This document shows, piece after piece, positions 35,441-44,795 of a stretch of 48,416 nt of DNA. A program made the position numbers and the translations under genes. The notes under the pieces are model-generated. The model was given only the letters and a program-made list of their open reading frames with translations. It was not told where the DNA came from and ran no database searches. The DNA comes from Planctomycetota bacterium (GTDB lineage: Bacteria > Planctomycetota > UBA11346). Location of the stretch: the NCBI GenBank assembly GCA_043788625.1, contig JAYVTR010000246.1:1-48416 (forward strand). The letters run 5' to 3'. Position 1 is the first letter of the stretch. Each line of letters begins with the position of its first letter.

Positions 35441-37762
35441 TTAATCAGCGCTGTTTTGGGCTTGTCGCACCGGCGGCCGTGCCGGCAGTCGCACCGCCAG
35501 GCGCGCCGCCAATCGCACCGCCTTGGCTGCCAGCAGCAGGCGCTGGCACACATCATGCCGCGCTCGTCCCGGTACCCCATAGCGGACATCCAGCCACCCA
35601 TTCACGCCATCGCTGAGCGCCTCAGCGGCAGCTGGCAAACGTCGGGCGACGCGACCGGCGTGGGCTTGCGGTCCTTCAGTGGATAAGCGCGGCATACCGG
35701 CGCGGGCGCAGCTGGCCAACAGGCGATGATAGGCGCGTTCTTCACGTGAACGGTTGAGGGTTTCAAGCAGACGCGGCGACAGCCAGGTGGTCAGGGCGAT
35801 GCTGAAGATGACTACCAGCCCGCCGCTGGCGAGGCCGATGACGTGGGCCCAGCCACCGAATCCGTCCAGGCCCAGCCAGCTCAGGAATTGGTCCTGGAGT
35901 TCGCTGTTGTAACCCACCGCCCAGCGATCCCAGCGTGACTCGATGTATTCATAGGTGGTGCGCGTTCTGAAGGCCATCTGCTCGAGCCATGGCCGCTTTG
36001 CCCGCTGCTGCGCACGCGAGGTGGCGTTGGTGGCCTGGGCGGCGGTGGTGGCGGTGGCCTGACCGGTAAGTGGGTCGCTGGCGGGAATGACGCTGGTCAG
36101 GTCAACGCGTTGCCAGCCGGTGAGGCGATCGCCCGTCCATACTTCGGCCCAGGCATGCGCATTGTTTTGCCTGACCACCAGGAAGCCGCCTTGTGGATTG
36201 ATCTCACCCCCACGATAGCCCATGACGACACGTGCGGGGATACCGGCGGTGCGCATCAGGGTGCTGAAAGCGGCGGCGTAGTGGCCGCAGAAACCTTTGC
36301 GTTTTTCGAAAAGGAACGTGGCGGTGGCATTGTTGCCCATCTCGCCGGGTTCCAGGGTGTAAACGAAATGTTGCTGGATGAACCACTGCACGGTGCGCTC
36401 AACGACCTCGTCGACTGTGGTAGCACCCTGCTTCAGCTCGCTGGCCAATTGCTGGATGCGTGGATCGACATACAGCGGCATTTGCAGGCCGTAACGCCGC
36501 GCATAGGGGCTCCAGTCAGCTGGCCGTAGAGCTGGGTTGGAAAGCACGCGATAGGTGCTGGTGCCAGTGGGGCCGTCTCGCCATTCGCTGACCAGTCCGG
36601 GCAGCAGCATGGCATCGCCGATTTGCGCGACCGGCGTATCGAGGGTGTACAGCCATGGATTGGGGCTTGCCGGTTGGGTGATGTCCTGCACCACGCCATG
36701 GGTCGATATGTGCTCGCTGACGCGCCCTGAGGCGGTGGTATCAGACAGGGCCTGGGTGACCCAGCCGGTGGGGCTGGGAACGGCCTCAGGCCCCCGTTGC
36801 CAGGCATTGCCATCGGTCTGCCATAGGACCACGCCGCGCCAATACAGGTCGTCTATATTGGGCATGTCGTGGTTGGGGAATTCGGCGCGGAAAGCCACCT
36901 GCTCGTTCTTGGTGTTGGCAGCGAACTTTCCCGGGTCGAGGTGGTCGCTGATGCCGGCCATGGCATTGCGCGAATTGATCGACAGCTGGATCACCGGTCG
37001 CGGCGTGAACAGGAACAGTAAAATCGCGAACGGCAGTGCCTGGGCCAACAGCAGCAGGATCTTTCCAAGCACCCGCCAGGCTTCGCGCAGCGGCGATTTC
37101 AGGCGGGGAATGACCGGCGGCGGCAGTGCCGCACCGCTGGCGATACCGATCAGTGCCGTCCCGCCGAGGTGCGGTGAATTATACCACCAGATGCCGGTCA
37201 ACAGCATGATCGCCGCACTCAGGGCCTGCATGGTCAAGATCAGGCTTTGGCCAGTGAGCAGTACGCCGGTGATCAGGAAGAAGCCAAGGAAGGACGCCAT
37301 CAAGACGTCACGCTCGCCGTCGAGCTCAAATAATTTGATCCATAGGAAAACTACAAACAGCGGCGCGGCGGCGTCGAGGCCAAAGCCGACATTGCCGGTG
37401 ACCCACAGCCCGACGAGTGCGCCCAGGGACATGACATGGCGGATCGCGCTGGAAGGCGAGGGGCGCGCGTACCAGGCCAGGTACATCCGCCACATCCCGA
37501 GCATGATGACAAAGGCCAGCAGCCACCACGGGATCCGCCCGACAAAAGGCAGGGTGGCGAAGGCCATGCCGGCCGCCAACCACGCTACGGTTGAAAAGGT
37601 CGGTACGCCGCCAGACGGGGCATCTTCGGCAAATATGCTCGGCACACGCCACCACCACGGACGGGGAGGGCTGGTGGTCAGCCCGCCACGAACTGCGGCC
37701 CGCGTCGCCGAACCGGCGCCGAAATGGATCCCCGAACCAGTTCCCGCGAACGGAATCTTCAC
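35441..37762 (-). CDS. Transglutaminase-like membrane protein (TgpA-type: N-terminal multi-TM domain + transglutaminase core)
   Basis: 'GFCGHYAAAFSTLMRTAGIPARVV.GY' (Cys) and 'NAHAWAEVW' (His) form the transglutaminase core. About 6 N-terminal TM helices. The GTG start overlaps the DUF58 stop (GTGA, 37759-37762). Confidence 0.8.
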   Translation of the reverse strand: MKIPFAGTGSGIHFGAGSATRAAVRGGLTTSPPRPWWWRVPSIFAEDAPSGGVPTFSTVAWLAAGMAFATLPFVGRIPWWLLAFVIMLGMWRMYLAWYARPSPSSAIRHVMSLGALVGLWVTGNVGFGLDAAAPLFVVFLWIKLFELDGERDVLMASFLGFFLITGVLLTGQSLILTMQALSAAIMLLTGIWWYNSPHLGGTALIGIASGAALPPPVIPRLKSPLREAWRVLGKILLLLAQALPFAILLFLFTPRPVIQLSINSRNAMAGISDHLDPGKFAANTKNEQVAFRAEFPNHDMPNIDDLYWRGVVLWQTDGNAWQRGPEAVPSPTGWVTQALSDTTASGRVSEHISTHGVVQDITQPASPNPWLYTLDTPVAQIGDAMLLPGLVSEWRDGPTGTSTYRVLSNPALRPADWSPYARRYGLQMPLYVDPRIQQLASELKQGATTVDEVVERTVQWFIQQHFVYTLEPGEMGNNATATFLFEKRKGFCGHYAAAFSTLMRTAGIPARVVMGYRGGEINPQGGFLVVRQNNAHAWAEVWTGDRLTGWQRVDLTSVIPASDPLTGQATATTAAQATNATSRAQQRAKRPWLEQMAFRTRTTYEYIESRWDRWAVGYNSELQDQFLSWLGLDGFGGWAHVIGLASGGLVVIFSIALTTWLSPRLLETLNRSREERAYHRLLASCARAGMPRLSTEGPQAHAGRVARRLPAAAEALSDGVNGWLDVRYGVPGRARHDVCQRLLLAAKAVRLAARLAVRLPARPPVRQAQNSAD

Positions 37763-38796
37763 GAGAGCGGCACTTTCGGCAGCATGCCCGGCGGTATGCG
37801 ATGAATGCCGGAGACGCTGGCGGTTGAACCAGGACGTGGGCCAGAGCCCAGCGCCAGGCGCGAAGCCGACGAACGCGCTTCACCGTTGAAGGCGGCGAGG
37901 GCGCGCAGGCAGGCCTGCTGGTGCACGCCACCAGTGCGTGGTTCGATGGTGATCCCGGGCAGGCGCAGGCCGTAGCACAGCGCAGAGTGGTGGGCTTCGA
38001 TGACCCACTTCGCCAGCTGCGACAGACGCACCTCGTCATCGCCACTGGTCGTCGACCATGACAGCCACGTCACCCCATGGCCGCCGCCGGCCCACTCCTT
38101 GATCAGCAATGGACCGGTGCTGCGGGCGGCGGCCTTCCAATCGATGTGGCGTGGCGAATCGCCGGATTGCCACGGTTTGAGACCGCGGAAGTCCTCGTGT
38201 TCACGGACGACGCTACTGATGCCAGCACCGACCTCGGCGGCAGGGTCGGCTGGCGCCGAGGTCAGCGACACGCCGCGCGGCTGCGGATGGACGAAGAGTT
38301 CGACGGTCACCGGCAGGCGGCGGAATATCCGCCACAGGCCGAGCGGATATTGGGTCGACAGGCGCAGGGCATCGAGGCGATGCACACCACGCGCGAATGA
38401 CGGCAACAGCAGCTCGACGCGCACGCTGCCCAGCTTGGGGAGATGCGGCACCAGCAGATGATGCCGTTCGGCGGCGCGTTGCGCCTCGCTGACATCGGTG
38501 GGCGTCTGATCGTGCGGTAGTTCAATGAGCAGGGCTTCGAGCTCACGCGTCGCTCGCGAGGCGACGGTGAGCGTGAGTCGGGCGCGATCACCGGCTTCGA
38601 CCAGCGGCGCGTCGGCGACGGCGATGCTCACCGGCGAGAGGTTGCGCATGCCGTGCAGGGCCGACATGCCGCCGGTGGTGAAGACCACGAACACCATCAG
38701 CCAAGCGGCATTGGACTGATAGTTGATCGAAGCGAGAAACATCGCCCCAAGGATGAGGAAGAAGATCGTCGCGTGACGGGTCGGACGGACCTTCAT
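37759..38796 (-). CDS. DUF58 domain protein
   Basis: Two N-terminal TM helices. 'FRGLKPWQSGDSPRHIDWKAAARSTGPLLIKEW' is the signature DUF58 block. Its position between moxR and the transglutaminase gene is the conserved arrangement. Confidence 0.85.
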   Translation of the reverse strand: MKVRPTRHATIFFLILGAMFLASINYQSNAAWLMVFVVFTTGGMSALHGMRNLSPVSIAVADAPLVEAGDRARLTLTVASRATRELEALLIELPHDQTPTDVSEAQRAAERHHLLVPHLPKLGSVRVELLLPSFARGVHRLDALRLSTQYPLGLWRIFRRLPVTVELFVHPQPRGVSLTSAPADPAAEVGAGISSVVREHEDFRGLKPWQSGDSPRHIDWKAAARSTGPLLIKEWAGGGHGVTWLSWSTTSGDDEVRLSQLAKWVIEAHHSALCYGLRLPGITIEPRTGGVHQQACLRALAAFNGEARSSASRLALGSGPRPGSTASVSGIHRIPPGMLPKVPLS

Positions 38797-38833
38797 GGTG
38801 CCGTGGCCGTCGGAAGATGGTGAGCCGGCTTTT

Positions 38834-38907
38834 GGCTAATCGGCTTTAGGTTAATCGGCGGGTGGCTAATTGGCGGGTGGCTAATCGGCGCGTGGCTACC
38901 GGGCGCC
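38834..38907. repeat. Intergenic 15-nt tandem repeat x5 (GGCTAATCGGCGGGT-like)
   Basis: Read directly. The units begin at 38834, 38849, 38864, 38879 and 38894 (last unit degenerate). They occupy most of the 118-nt gap between the moxR stop (38915) and the DUF58 start (38796). Confidence 0.85.
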
Positions 38908-38914
38908 GGACATC

Positions 38915-39823
38915 TCACGGCACCGATACCGAATTGAGGATCTCGCCAGCCTGCGCCAGGCCGTCATGGCCATTGGCATCGCCCCAGGTCCCCAGGCGAT
39001 GGCCCATGATCGACGGAGCTACCGCCTGGACGTCTTCGGGGATCACCATGTTGCGTCCATTCATCAGCGCCCACGCCTGGCTGGCACGACGCATCGCCAA
39101 GGCGGCACGCGGACTCAGCCCGCGTCCCCGTTCGCGTGAACGCGCGAGCAGATCGAGCAGGTAGTCGAGCAACGGCTCGGCGACGTGGACGCGTTCGACT
39201 TCCGCCTGCAGATCGACCAGCTCGATCAGGGTGAGCATGGGTTTCAACTCTTCGACCAGCAGACGGCGGTTCGGCCCGCGCAGCATCTCACGTTCAGCGT
39301 CTCGCTCGGGATAACCCAGCTCGATGCGCATCAGGAAGCGGTCGAGCTGTGATTCAGGTAACGGGAAGGTACCGATCTGGTGCGATGGGTTCTGCGTGGC
39401 GATGACGAAGAAGGGCAGCGGCAGCGGATGCGTGCGACCATCGACCGAGACGTGGTTCTCTTCCATGGCTTCGAGCAGGGCGCTCTGCGTCTTGGGCGTG
39501 GCGCGATTGACCTCATCCGCCAGCACCAGGTTGGTGAATACCGGCCCTGGGTGAAAAGTGAATTCGTGGCGATCGCGATTGAAAATCGAATTGCCGATGA
39601 TGTCGGCGGGCAGCAGATCGCTGGTGAACTGCACGCGCCGCAGATCGAGCCCAAGAGTGCGCGCCAAGGCATTGGCGAGGGTGGTCTTGCCAACCCCGGG
39701 TATGTCCTCGATCAGCAGGTGGCCCTTGGCCAACAGGCAGCACAGAGCCAAACGAACAGCATGCGGTTTGCCGAGAATCACGCCATCGAGCTGGGCAGTG
39801 ATGCGCGAAATGAGATCGGACAT
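38915..39823 (-). CDS. MoxR-family AAA+ ATPase
   Basis: 'LLIEDIPGVGKTTLANALA' is Walker A. 'VLADEVNRATPKTQSALLEAMEE' is Walker B/sensor. 'FFVIATQNP' is also present. 302 aa. Confidence 0.9.
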   Translation of the reverse strand: MSDLISRITAQLDGVILGKPHAVRLALCCLLAKGHLLIEDIPGVGKTTLANALARTLGLDLRRVQFTSDLLPADIIGNSIFNRDRHEFTFHPGPVFTNLVLADEVNRATPKTQSALLEAMEENHVSVDGRTHPLPLPFFVIATQNPSHQIGTFPLPESQLDRFLMRIELGYPERDAEREMLRGPNRRLLVEELKPMLTLIELVDLQAEVERVHVAEPLLDYLLDLLARSRERGRGLSPRAALAMRRASQAWALMNGRNMVIPEDVQAVAPSIMGHRLGTWGDANGHDGLAQAGEILNSVSVP

Positions 39824-39934
39824 GGGCGCGGGGTGCCAGGGGTGAAGCCGGGACGCAAGTTATTGCATAAAATGCAGCGACTGGCAGGCGAAGAAGGCCG
39901 CATGCTAGCGAAGCGGCGCCGCCGATGAAAGACC

Positions 39935-39967
39935 GAAGGCCGGACGAGGTGTGCTCGTCCGGCCTTC
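39935..39967 (-). terminator. Strong hairpin (candidate terminator) between the upstream membrane gene and moxR
   Basis: Perfect 14-bp stem GAAGGCCGGACGAG / CTCGTCCGGCCTTC with a 5-nt loop. On the - strand it is followed only by a short GGTCTTTC tract, so termination efficiency is uncertain. Confidence 0.5.
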
Positions 39968-39992
39968 TATGGCGTACCTATCAGGCGGATTC

Positions 39993-41249
39993 TTATTCAG
40001 CGACGGTCGACTGCGTTTGTCCGCGCGCGTCTTCGCGCTTGGCTTCCTCTTCAAGCTCCTTGGCGAGCTGGTCGAGATCCTGCAGGTCTTCGTCATCCCA
40101 GTAGTCATCTTCACGCACCCATAAGTAGGTCAGCATGCCGCCCGACAGGGCCAGGTTCATGCAATAGCCGACCAACAGGGCGACGATCAAGGTCTGCCAG
40201 ATGGCGACAATCAGGCCCGGGCCCCACTTGATGAAGTTGGTGTAGGAATTGGCTTCGTCCTTTTCAACGAGGTGCTCGATCGAGTTGATGCCGCCACGGC
40301 GCGTGGGATCCAACACCGGCATGGCGGTGAGCTCGAGCGGGCGTAGCCATTCTATACGGCGTGCACTACCTGCCTTATCGACCTGCTGCACCTGATTGCC
40401 GGTGGCAAAGGCAGGCAGGCTGCCGGCGACGTTGGACAGGCCATCGATGGCTCCCATGCCGACGCCGAAGGCGACCCGCACCAGCACATAGGTCAAGAGG
40501 ATGCTGGCGACCAGCAGATGCGGTTTGGTGCCGACGGCTTCGATGGTGTCGACGACATTGTCGAACCAGCCATGACGACGGACGGCGACGATGCCGGGAA
40601 AGAGGAAGGCGCTGAGGACGACGGCGATGGCGATCAGCACGCCAAGGACGGCGGCGCCGAAGGCCAGCGGCCACAGCAGGGCATACAGCGAACTGCCGGC
40701 ATAAGGAATGCTGCACGCCAGCGAGCCCAGCCAGATCGCGCCCCAGATGCCGGTCACCAGCACCAGCAGGAACAGCGGCACCAGCACGGCCGGCAACATG
40801 CGCGGTACGAACTGCGCCCACGCTTCCTTGAACGAAAGGAATTCATCATCGAGCAAATCGGCTTTGAGGAACACCGACACCAGGGTCGCGCCCAGTGAAA
40901 AGATGCCGAGCCCCACCGCCAACCACAGCCAGCTGACGATATACAACCAGGCCGGTGATTCGAAGCCGTACTTCAGCTGCGCCTGCAGCGAACGGCCGCC
41001 CGTGCCCAACGGCTCGATGAAGGCCATCGCCCACAGACCGACCAGGATCAGGGTAACCGCCGAAACCAGCATGCACTTGGGCTTGAAGGCCAGCATCGGG
41101 GTGGTGAACAGATCCTTCCAGCTCCACTGGCGCGGCTCTGGCTTCCACGTCGGTGGCGGATCGCTGGGCGCCGTATGCGCGGCGGCGGCGGCAGCGGCCG
41201 GCGCAGCGGCAGCGTTCGGCGGGGTGGATTGAGGGTCGGCATCGGACAT
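39993..41249 (-). CDS. Polytopic membrane protein with Ala/Pro-rich N-terminus and acidic C-terminal tail, unassigned
   Basis: ATG at 41249 ('MSDADPQSTPPNAAAAPAAAAAAAH...'). About 8 TM helices. The C-terminus is 'YWDDEDLQDLDQLAKELEEEAKRED'. The ORF is open to 41393. Confidence 0.6.
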   Translation of the reverse strand: MSDADPQSTPPNAAAAPAAAAAAAHTAPSDPPPTWKPEPRQWSWKDLFTTPMLAFKPKCMLVSAVTLILVGLWAMAFIEPLGTGGRSLQAQLKYGFESPAWLYIVSWLWLAVGLGIFSLGATLVSVFLKADLLDDEFLSFKEAWAQFVPRMLPAVLVPLFLLVLVTGIWGAIWLGSLACSIPYAGSSLYALLWPLAFGAAVLGVLIAIAVVLSAFLFPGIVAVRRHGWFDNVVDTIEAVGTKPHLLVASILLTYVLVRVAFGVGMGAIDGLSNVAGSLPAFATGNQVQQVDKAGSARRIEWLRPLELTAMPVLDPTRRGGINSIEHLVEKDEANSYTNFIKWGPGLIVAIWQTLIVALLVGYCMNLALSGGMLTYLWVREDDYWDDEDLQDLDQLAKELEEEAKREDARGQTQSTVAE

Positions 41250-41347
41250 GGGGTCACCTGAGGGCGGCGATGGTAGATCAGCGCGCCACGAGGCAAACCC
41301 CGGTCCCGGGGGTTCCCCCAGCTGCCGCGGTGAGCAGGCTGAGGGGC

Positions 41348-41647
41348 ATGGATCCCGATTATGACCCGCTTGCGCGACGTTATGAACAGGCAAAAGCGCT
41401 GTCGGCGGGGGCTTTGGCAGTATTATTGGTTGGGTTTGTCATCGGTATCCACCTCATCACCGGTGCTGCTCTGGTAGGCTTCATCATTTTCGTCGGGCGT
41501 TGGATCCAGCTCGGCAACCGCCTGCGCGAGCGCGATAGCGAGCCGGAATCGGTGGCAGCCGACCCACCTGCGAGCAATATCATTCAATTTCGGCGTCCGG
41601 CTGAACCTGGTGAACTGGCTGAAGCGGACACTGAGGATGAAAAATAG
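41348..41647 (+). CDS. Small membrane protein (99 aa, 2 TM), hypothetical
   Basis: ATG at 41348. 'LSAGALAVLLVGFVIGIHLITGAALVGFIIFVG' is a TM hairpin, followed by an acidic tail. No family assigned. Confidence 0.4.
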   Translation: MDPDYDPLARRYEQAKALSAGALAVLLVGFVIGIHLITGAALVGFIIFVGRWIQLGNRLRERDSEPESVAADPPASNIIQFRRPAEPGELAEADTEDEK

Positions 41648-41720
41648 TCGCACGTCTTGAAGGGGGTCGTCCGGGGTGCGGTAGTGCCCGGGGCTTGGGC
41701 GCGGTGGCGGGCGCGGCACC

Positions 41721-42077
41721 ATGGTCGGCATGAACACGGTTTTGTTGCTGCTCGCCTCGAATGTCTTCATGACCGTGGCGTGGTACTGGCATCTGACGTC
41801 GCACCGGTTTGCGCTGTGGATCATCATCCTGGTGAGCTGGATGATCGCATTGCCTGAATACGCGCTGGCAGTGCCGGCCAATCGCATCGGCCATGTTTCC
41901 AACGGCGGATCGTTCACCGCCCCGCAGCTCAAAATACTGCAAGAGGGCATCGCCTTGATGGTCTTCCTGGCCTTCTCGATCATGTATCTGAAGGAGATGC
42001 CGCGGTGGACGGACTTCGCGGGCATGGGGCTGATCATGGCGGGTCTCGCCGTCGCCTTGCTGGGGCGAGGGGGATAG
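41721..42077 (+). CDS. DMT-superfamily small membrane protein (DUF486 family)
   Basis: 118 aa. 'LLLASNVFMTVAWYWHL...', 'EY.LAVPANRIG' and 'FTAPQLKILQEGIAL.VF..FS..YLKE' match the DUF486 pattern. Confidence 0.75.
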   Translation: MVGMNTVLLLLASNVFMTVAWYWHLTSHRFALWIIILVSWMIALPEYALAVPANRIGHVSNGGSFTAPQLKILQEGIALMVFLAFSIMYLKEMPRWTDFAGMGLIMAGLAVALLGRGG

Positions 42078-42364
42078 GAGGCCAGCTATCGGTACGATGA
42101 CCATCGTATCGGTAGCCGGCGTGTGCGCCGCGGTTGAGCGCGGCGTAGGCGTTCCGCACCGCATCGACCAGGCGAGACGGCGCTGGTGTGTTCATGCGTA
42201 GCTCCCCGTGGTTTGAGGCGCATCGGTCAGGGTGAGCCGGCAGCGGAAAAATGACATGCATGGCCTGCCCGCAGGTCCGGTTGTCACCACGGTCGTCCCA
42301 GCCCGGCGGTGATCCGTGGCCGCTGACCACTGGACATTGGCGTCCTTCCCCCGAAGCACTGTGT

Positions 42365-43642
42365 ATGGCCTTCTTCAAGACGATCTCCGGCGGACTGCAG
42401 ACCGCGCGCATCGTTGCCGCGATGATCCCGGCGCTGCGCGCTCCGCCGGGGGAGGAAGGCGAGCGTGCCCGGCGCCGGCTGGCCCAGGTGCTGGGGCGGA
42501 TGCGCGGGCTGCCGACCAAGGTCGGGCAGTGGCTGGCGGGCGGCGCGCATGGCGACGATTTCGCGGAGTGCACCGAGGAGCTCGCGCCGTTACCGTGGTC
42601 GCGCATGCGCCCGGTGCTGGCCGCGGCCTGGGGGTTCCCCACCGAGCAAGCGCTGGCCCGCGTCGAGGAGACCGGTCGTGCCGCGTCGATCGGACAGGTG
42701 CACCGGGCCACGCTGACCGACGGCCGCGAGGTGGCGATCAAGATCCAATACCCAGGGATCCGCGGCGATATCGAGTCGACCCTGGCGGCGCTGGAACTGA
42801 TCCCGCAGCTCGGGCCGGTGCGCCGGCACGGCATCGACCTCGACGCCCATCGCCAGCAGCTGCGCGCGACGCTCGATCATGAGCTCGACTACCGCAGCGA
42901 AGCTGCCGCCCAGGAGCGGGCCGCGGCGGCGGCATCGTCGGAGGTGCTGGTGCCGCGGGTGTACGCCGAGCTGTCGCGCGAGACCATCCTGGTGCAGGAC
43001 TGGGTGGAGGGCATCGCGCTGGGCGAGGCCGCCGCCTGGCCGGTGGCCGACCGCGATGCCGCGGGCGGCGCGCTGGTCCGGCGCCTCCTGCGGCAGGTGC
43101 TGGTCGAAGGCCTGCTGCATGCGGATCCGCATCCGGGCAACCTGCGGCTGCGTCGTCCGGGCGCGGGTGCGTTGATCGTGCAGTACGATCACGGCTGCAT
43201 GGTCGACATTCCGCGGCCATTGGCAGAAGCCTTGCGCGCCCTGGTGGTGTGCGCCCGCAGCGGAGCAGGCGATCCGCTCGTGCATCTTGCCGCCGCCGGC
43301 TTCGCCGCCGACAAGCTGGCGCCCATCGCTGCGCGGCTGCCCCAGGTGCTGGCGATCCTCCTCCAGCCGCTGGTCGTCGCCGGCCCGTGCCGCGCTGCTG
43401 AGTGGCATCCGGCGACCACGATCGCCGCCGCCCTGGGCGCCGACCGCTGGTGGTTCCGCGCCGCCGGCCGGCCGGAGCTGTTCCTTTTGACCCGCGCCTT
43501 CGGCGGCCTCATCCGCCAGCTGCAGCGGCTCGACGCGACGGTGGATTGGGGCGAGTGCTGGACCCGCGTGGTCGGCGTGCCGCTGCCCCCGCCAGCCAGC
43601 CATCAGCCAGCCGTCCGTCCTGGTCTTGAGGCTCGGGCGTAA
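42365..43642 (+). CDS. ABC1/UbiB-family atypical protein kinase
   Basis: 'GLPTKVGQWLA', 'AASIGQVHRATLTDGREVAIKIQYPGI' and 'HADPHPGNL' are ABC1 (AarF) blocks. GC is very high (about 80% in one 60-nt sample). ATG at 42365; the ORF is open from 42251. Confidence 0.8.
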   Translation: MAFFKTISGGLQTARIVAAMIPALRAPPGEEGERARRRLAQVLGRMRGLPTKVGQWLAGGAHGDDFAECTEELAPLPWSRMRPVLAAAWGFPTEQALARVEETGRAASIGQVHRATLTDGREVAIKIQYPGIRGDIESTLAALELIPQLGPVRRHGIDLDAHRQQLRATLDHELDYRSEAAAQERAAAAASSEVLVPRVYAELSRETILVQDWVEGIALGEAAAWPVADRDAAGGALVRRLLRQVLVEGLLHADPHPGNLRLRRPGAGALIVQYDHGCMVDIPRPLAEALRALVVCARSGAGDPLVHLAAAGFAADKLAPIAARLPQVLAILLQPLVVAGPCRAAEWHPATTIAAALGADRWWFRAAGRPELFLLTRAFGGLIRQLQRLDATVDWGECWTRVVGVPLPPPASHQPAVRPGLEARA

Positions 43643-43727
43643 GCGTCCGTGCGGGGTCGGTCGCCGAGCGCTGGCCCCGCTGCCATCAGGCGCTTCATCG
43701 CGCGCGCTTCAGCTGCACAGGCGAAGC

Positions 43728-44058
43728 ATGCCTGTTATCGCGTCGAACCTGTTCATGACGGTCGCGTGATACTGGCATCTGACCTCACACCGCTTCGCGT
43801 TATGAATCATTATCCTGATGAGCTGGATGATCGCATTCCGAGTACGTCATGGCGGTGCCGGCCAACCGCATCGGCATATCTCAAATGGGGGATCGTTCAC
43901 CCCTCCGCAGTTGAAGATCCTCCAGGAGGGCATCGCCCTGATGGTGTTCGTCGCCTTCTCGATCCTGTATTTGAAGGAGAGCCGCGGTAGACGGATTTCG
44001 CGGGGATGGAGTTGATCCTGGCGGGGTTGGCGGTGGCGCTGTTGGAGCGCGGGCGTAA
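43728..44058 (+). pseudogene. Decayed paralogue of the DUF486 gene at 41721-42077
   Basis: It aligns along its length to the intact copy, by eye at roughly three-quarters nucleotide identity. TGG->TGA in-frame stops occur at 'VA*YWHL' (43764-43766) and 'AL*IIIL', plus a frameshift around 43830-43850. 'NGGSFTPPQLKILQEGIALMVFVAFSILYLKE' is still readable. Confidence 0.8.
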
Positions 44059-44228
44059 CGGTAAGATTGATCATCTTATTAATGCAATCACGGTCATTAC
44101 CGATACGACCTAACGGGAAGTAGTGGTAAGTGGGGGGTGCAGTACCTTACTTCCTTACTGCCAGAAGTTCCTAACCCAAATTCTTAGGGTAGTTCGTTTG
44201 CCCTTCATAAGTAGGTTGCCAGTCTATT

Positions 44229-44795
44229 ATGAAAACGCGAGATAGCGGCATGCCCGAAGAGGACTATTGGAGTACCTTCTTCGACGCTGAGGTCATCCTC
44301 AAGGCGCTGGGACTCAACGTGGCGACCGGCCCCGTGATCGATGTTGGATGCGGCTATGGGACGTTCACGTTGCCTGCCGCACGGCTGACCGGCCAGCGAG
44401 TTTATGGTATCGATATCGAGGCTGATCTTGTGCGGCAACTCGACGCCAAGGCTTGTTCCCTCGGTCTGAGCGTAGACGGCATGGTGCGCGATGTGGCCCA
44501 TGATGGCTTGGGCATGCCTGCTGGCATAGCGGACATCGTGCTGCTATTCAATCTTCTGCACTGCGAAGAGCCGGTGGCCCTCTTGCGCGAGGCGCATCGC
44601 GTGTTGACCCCGGGTGGGCGTGTCGGCGTCATCCATTGGCGCAGTGATGTACCTACGCCACGAGGGCCACACCTGTCGATTCGGCCCCAGCCCGCAACAT
44701 GCCGGGGATGGCTGATTGAGTCGGGATTTACCGTACATCAGGAGTCCATGACGTTGGAGCCTTACCACTTTGGTCTCGTGGGGCGGCGCTCTTGA
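44229..44795 (+). CDS. Class I SAM-dependent methyltransferase
   Basis: 'VIDVGCGYGTFTL' is motif I. 'VYGIDIE' is motif II. 'LREAHRVLTPGGRVGVIHW' is post-III. GC is lower than the surroundings, and the gene is preceded by an AT-rich gap at 44059-44228. Confidence 0.8.
   Translation: MKTRDSGMPEEDYWSTFFDAEVILKALGLNVATGPVIDVGCGYGTFTLPAARLTGQRVYGIDIEADLVRQLDAKACSLGLSVDGMVRDVAHDGLGMPAGIADIVLLFNLLHCEEPVALLREAHRVLTPGGRVGVIHWRSDVPTPRGPHLSIRPQPATCRGWLIESGFTVHQESMTLEPYHFGLVGRRS

Noticed and set aside
42078-42250. Short - strand ORF 'MNTPAPSRLVDAVRNAYAALNRG...' with GGGGAG upstream (ATG at about 42195), overlapping the 3' end of the DUF486 gene.
   Set aside because: It is about 53 aa, has no family signature, runs antisense into a supported gene and lies in very GC-rich DNA. 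It may be a remnant but is not supportable as a gene.
44100-44170. Imperfect inverted repeat (GGAAGTA...TACTTCC, GTAAG.../CCTTAC) in the AT-rich gap before the methyltransferase gene.
   Set aside because: The pairing is interrupted and short. There is no flanking T-tract or matching repeat elsewhere in the window, so it is insufficient to call an RNA or a mobile-element end.
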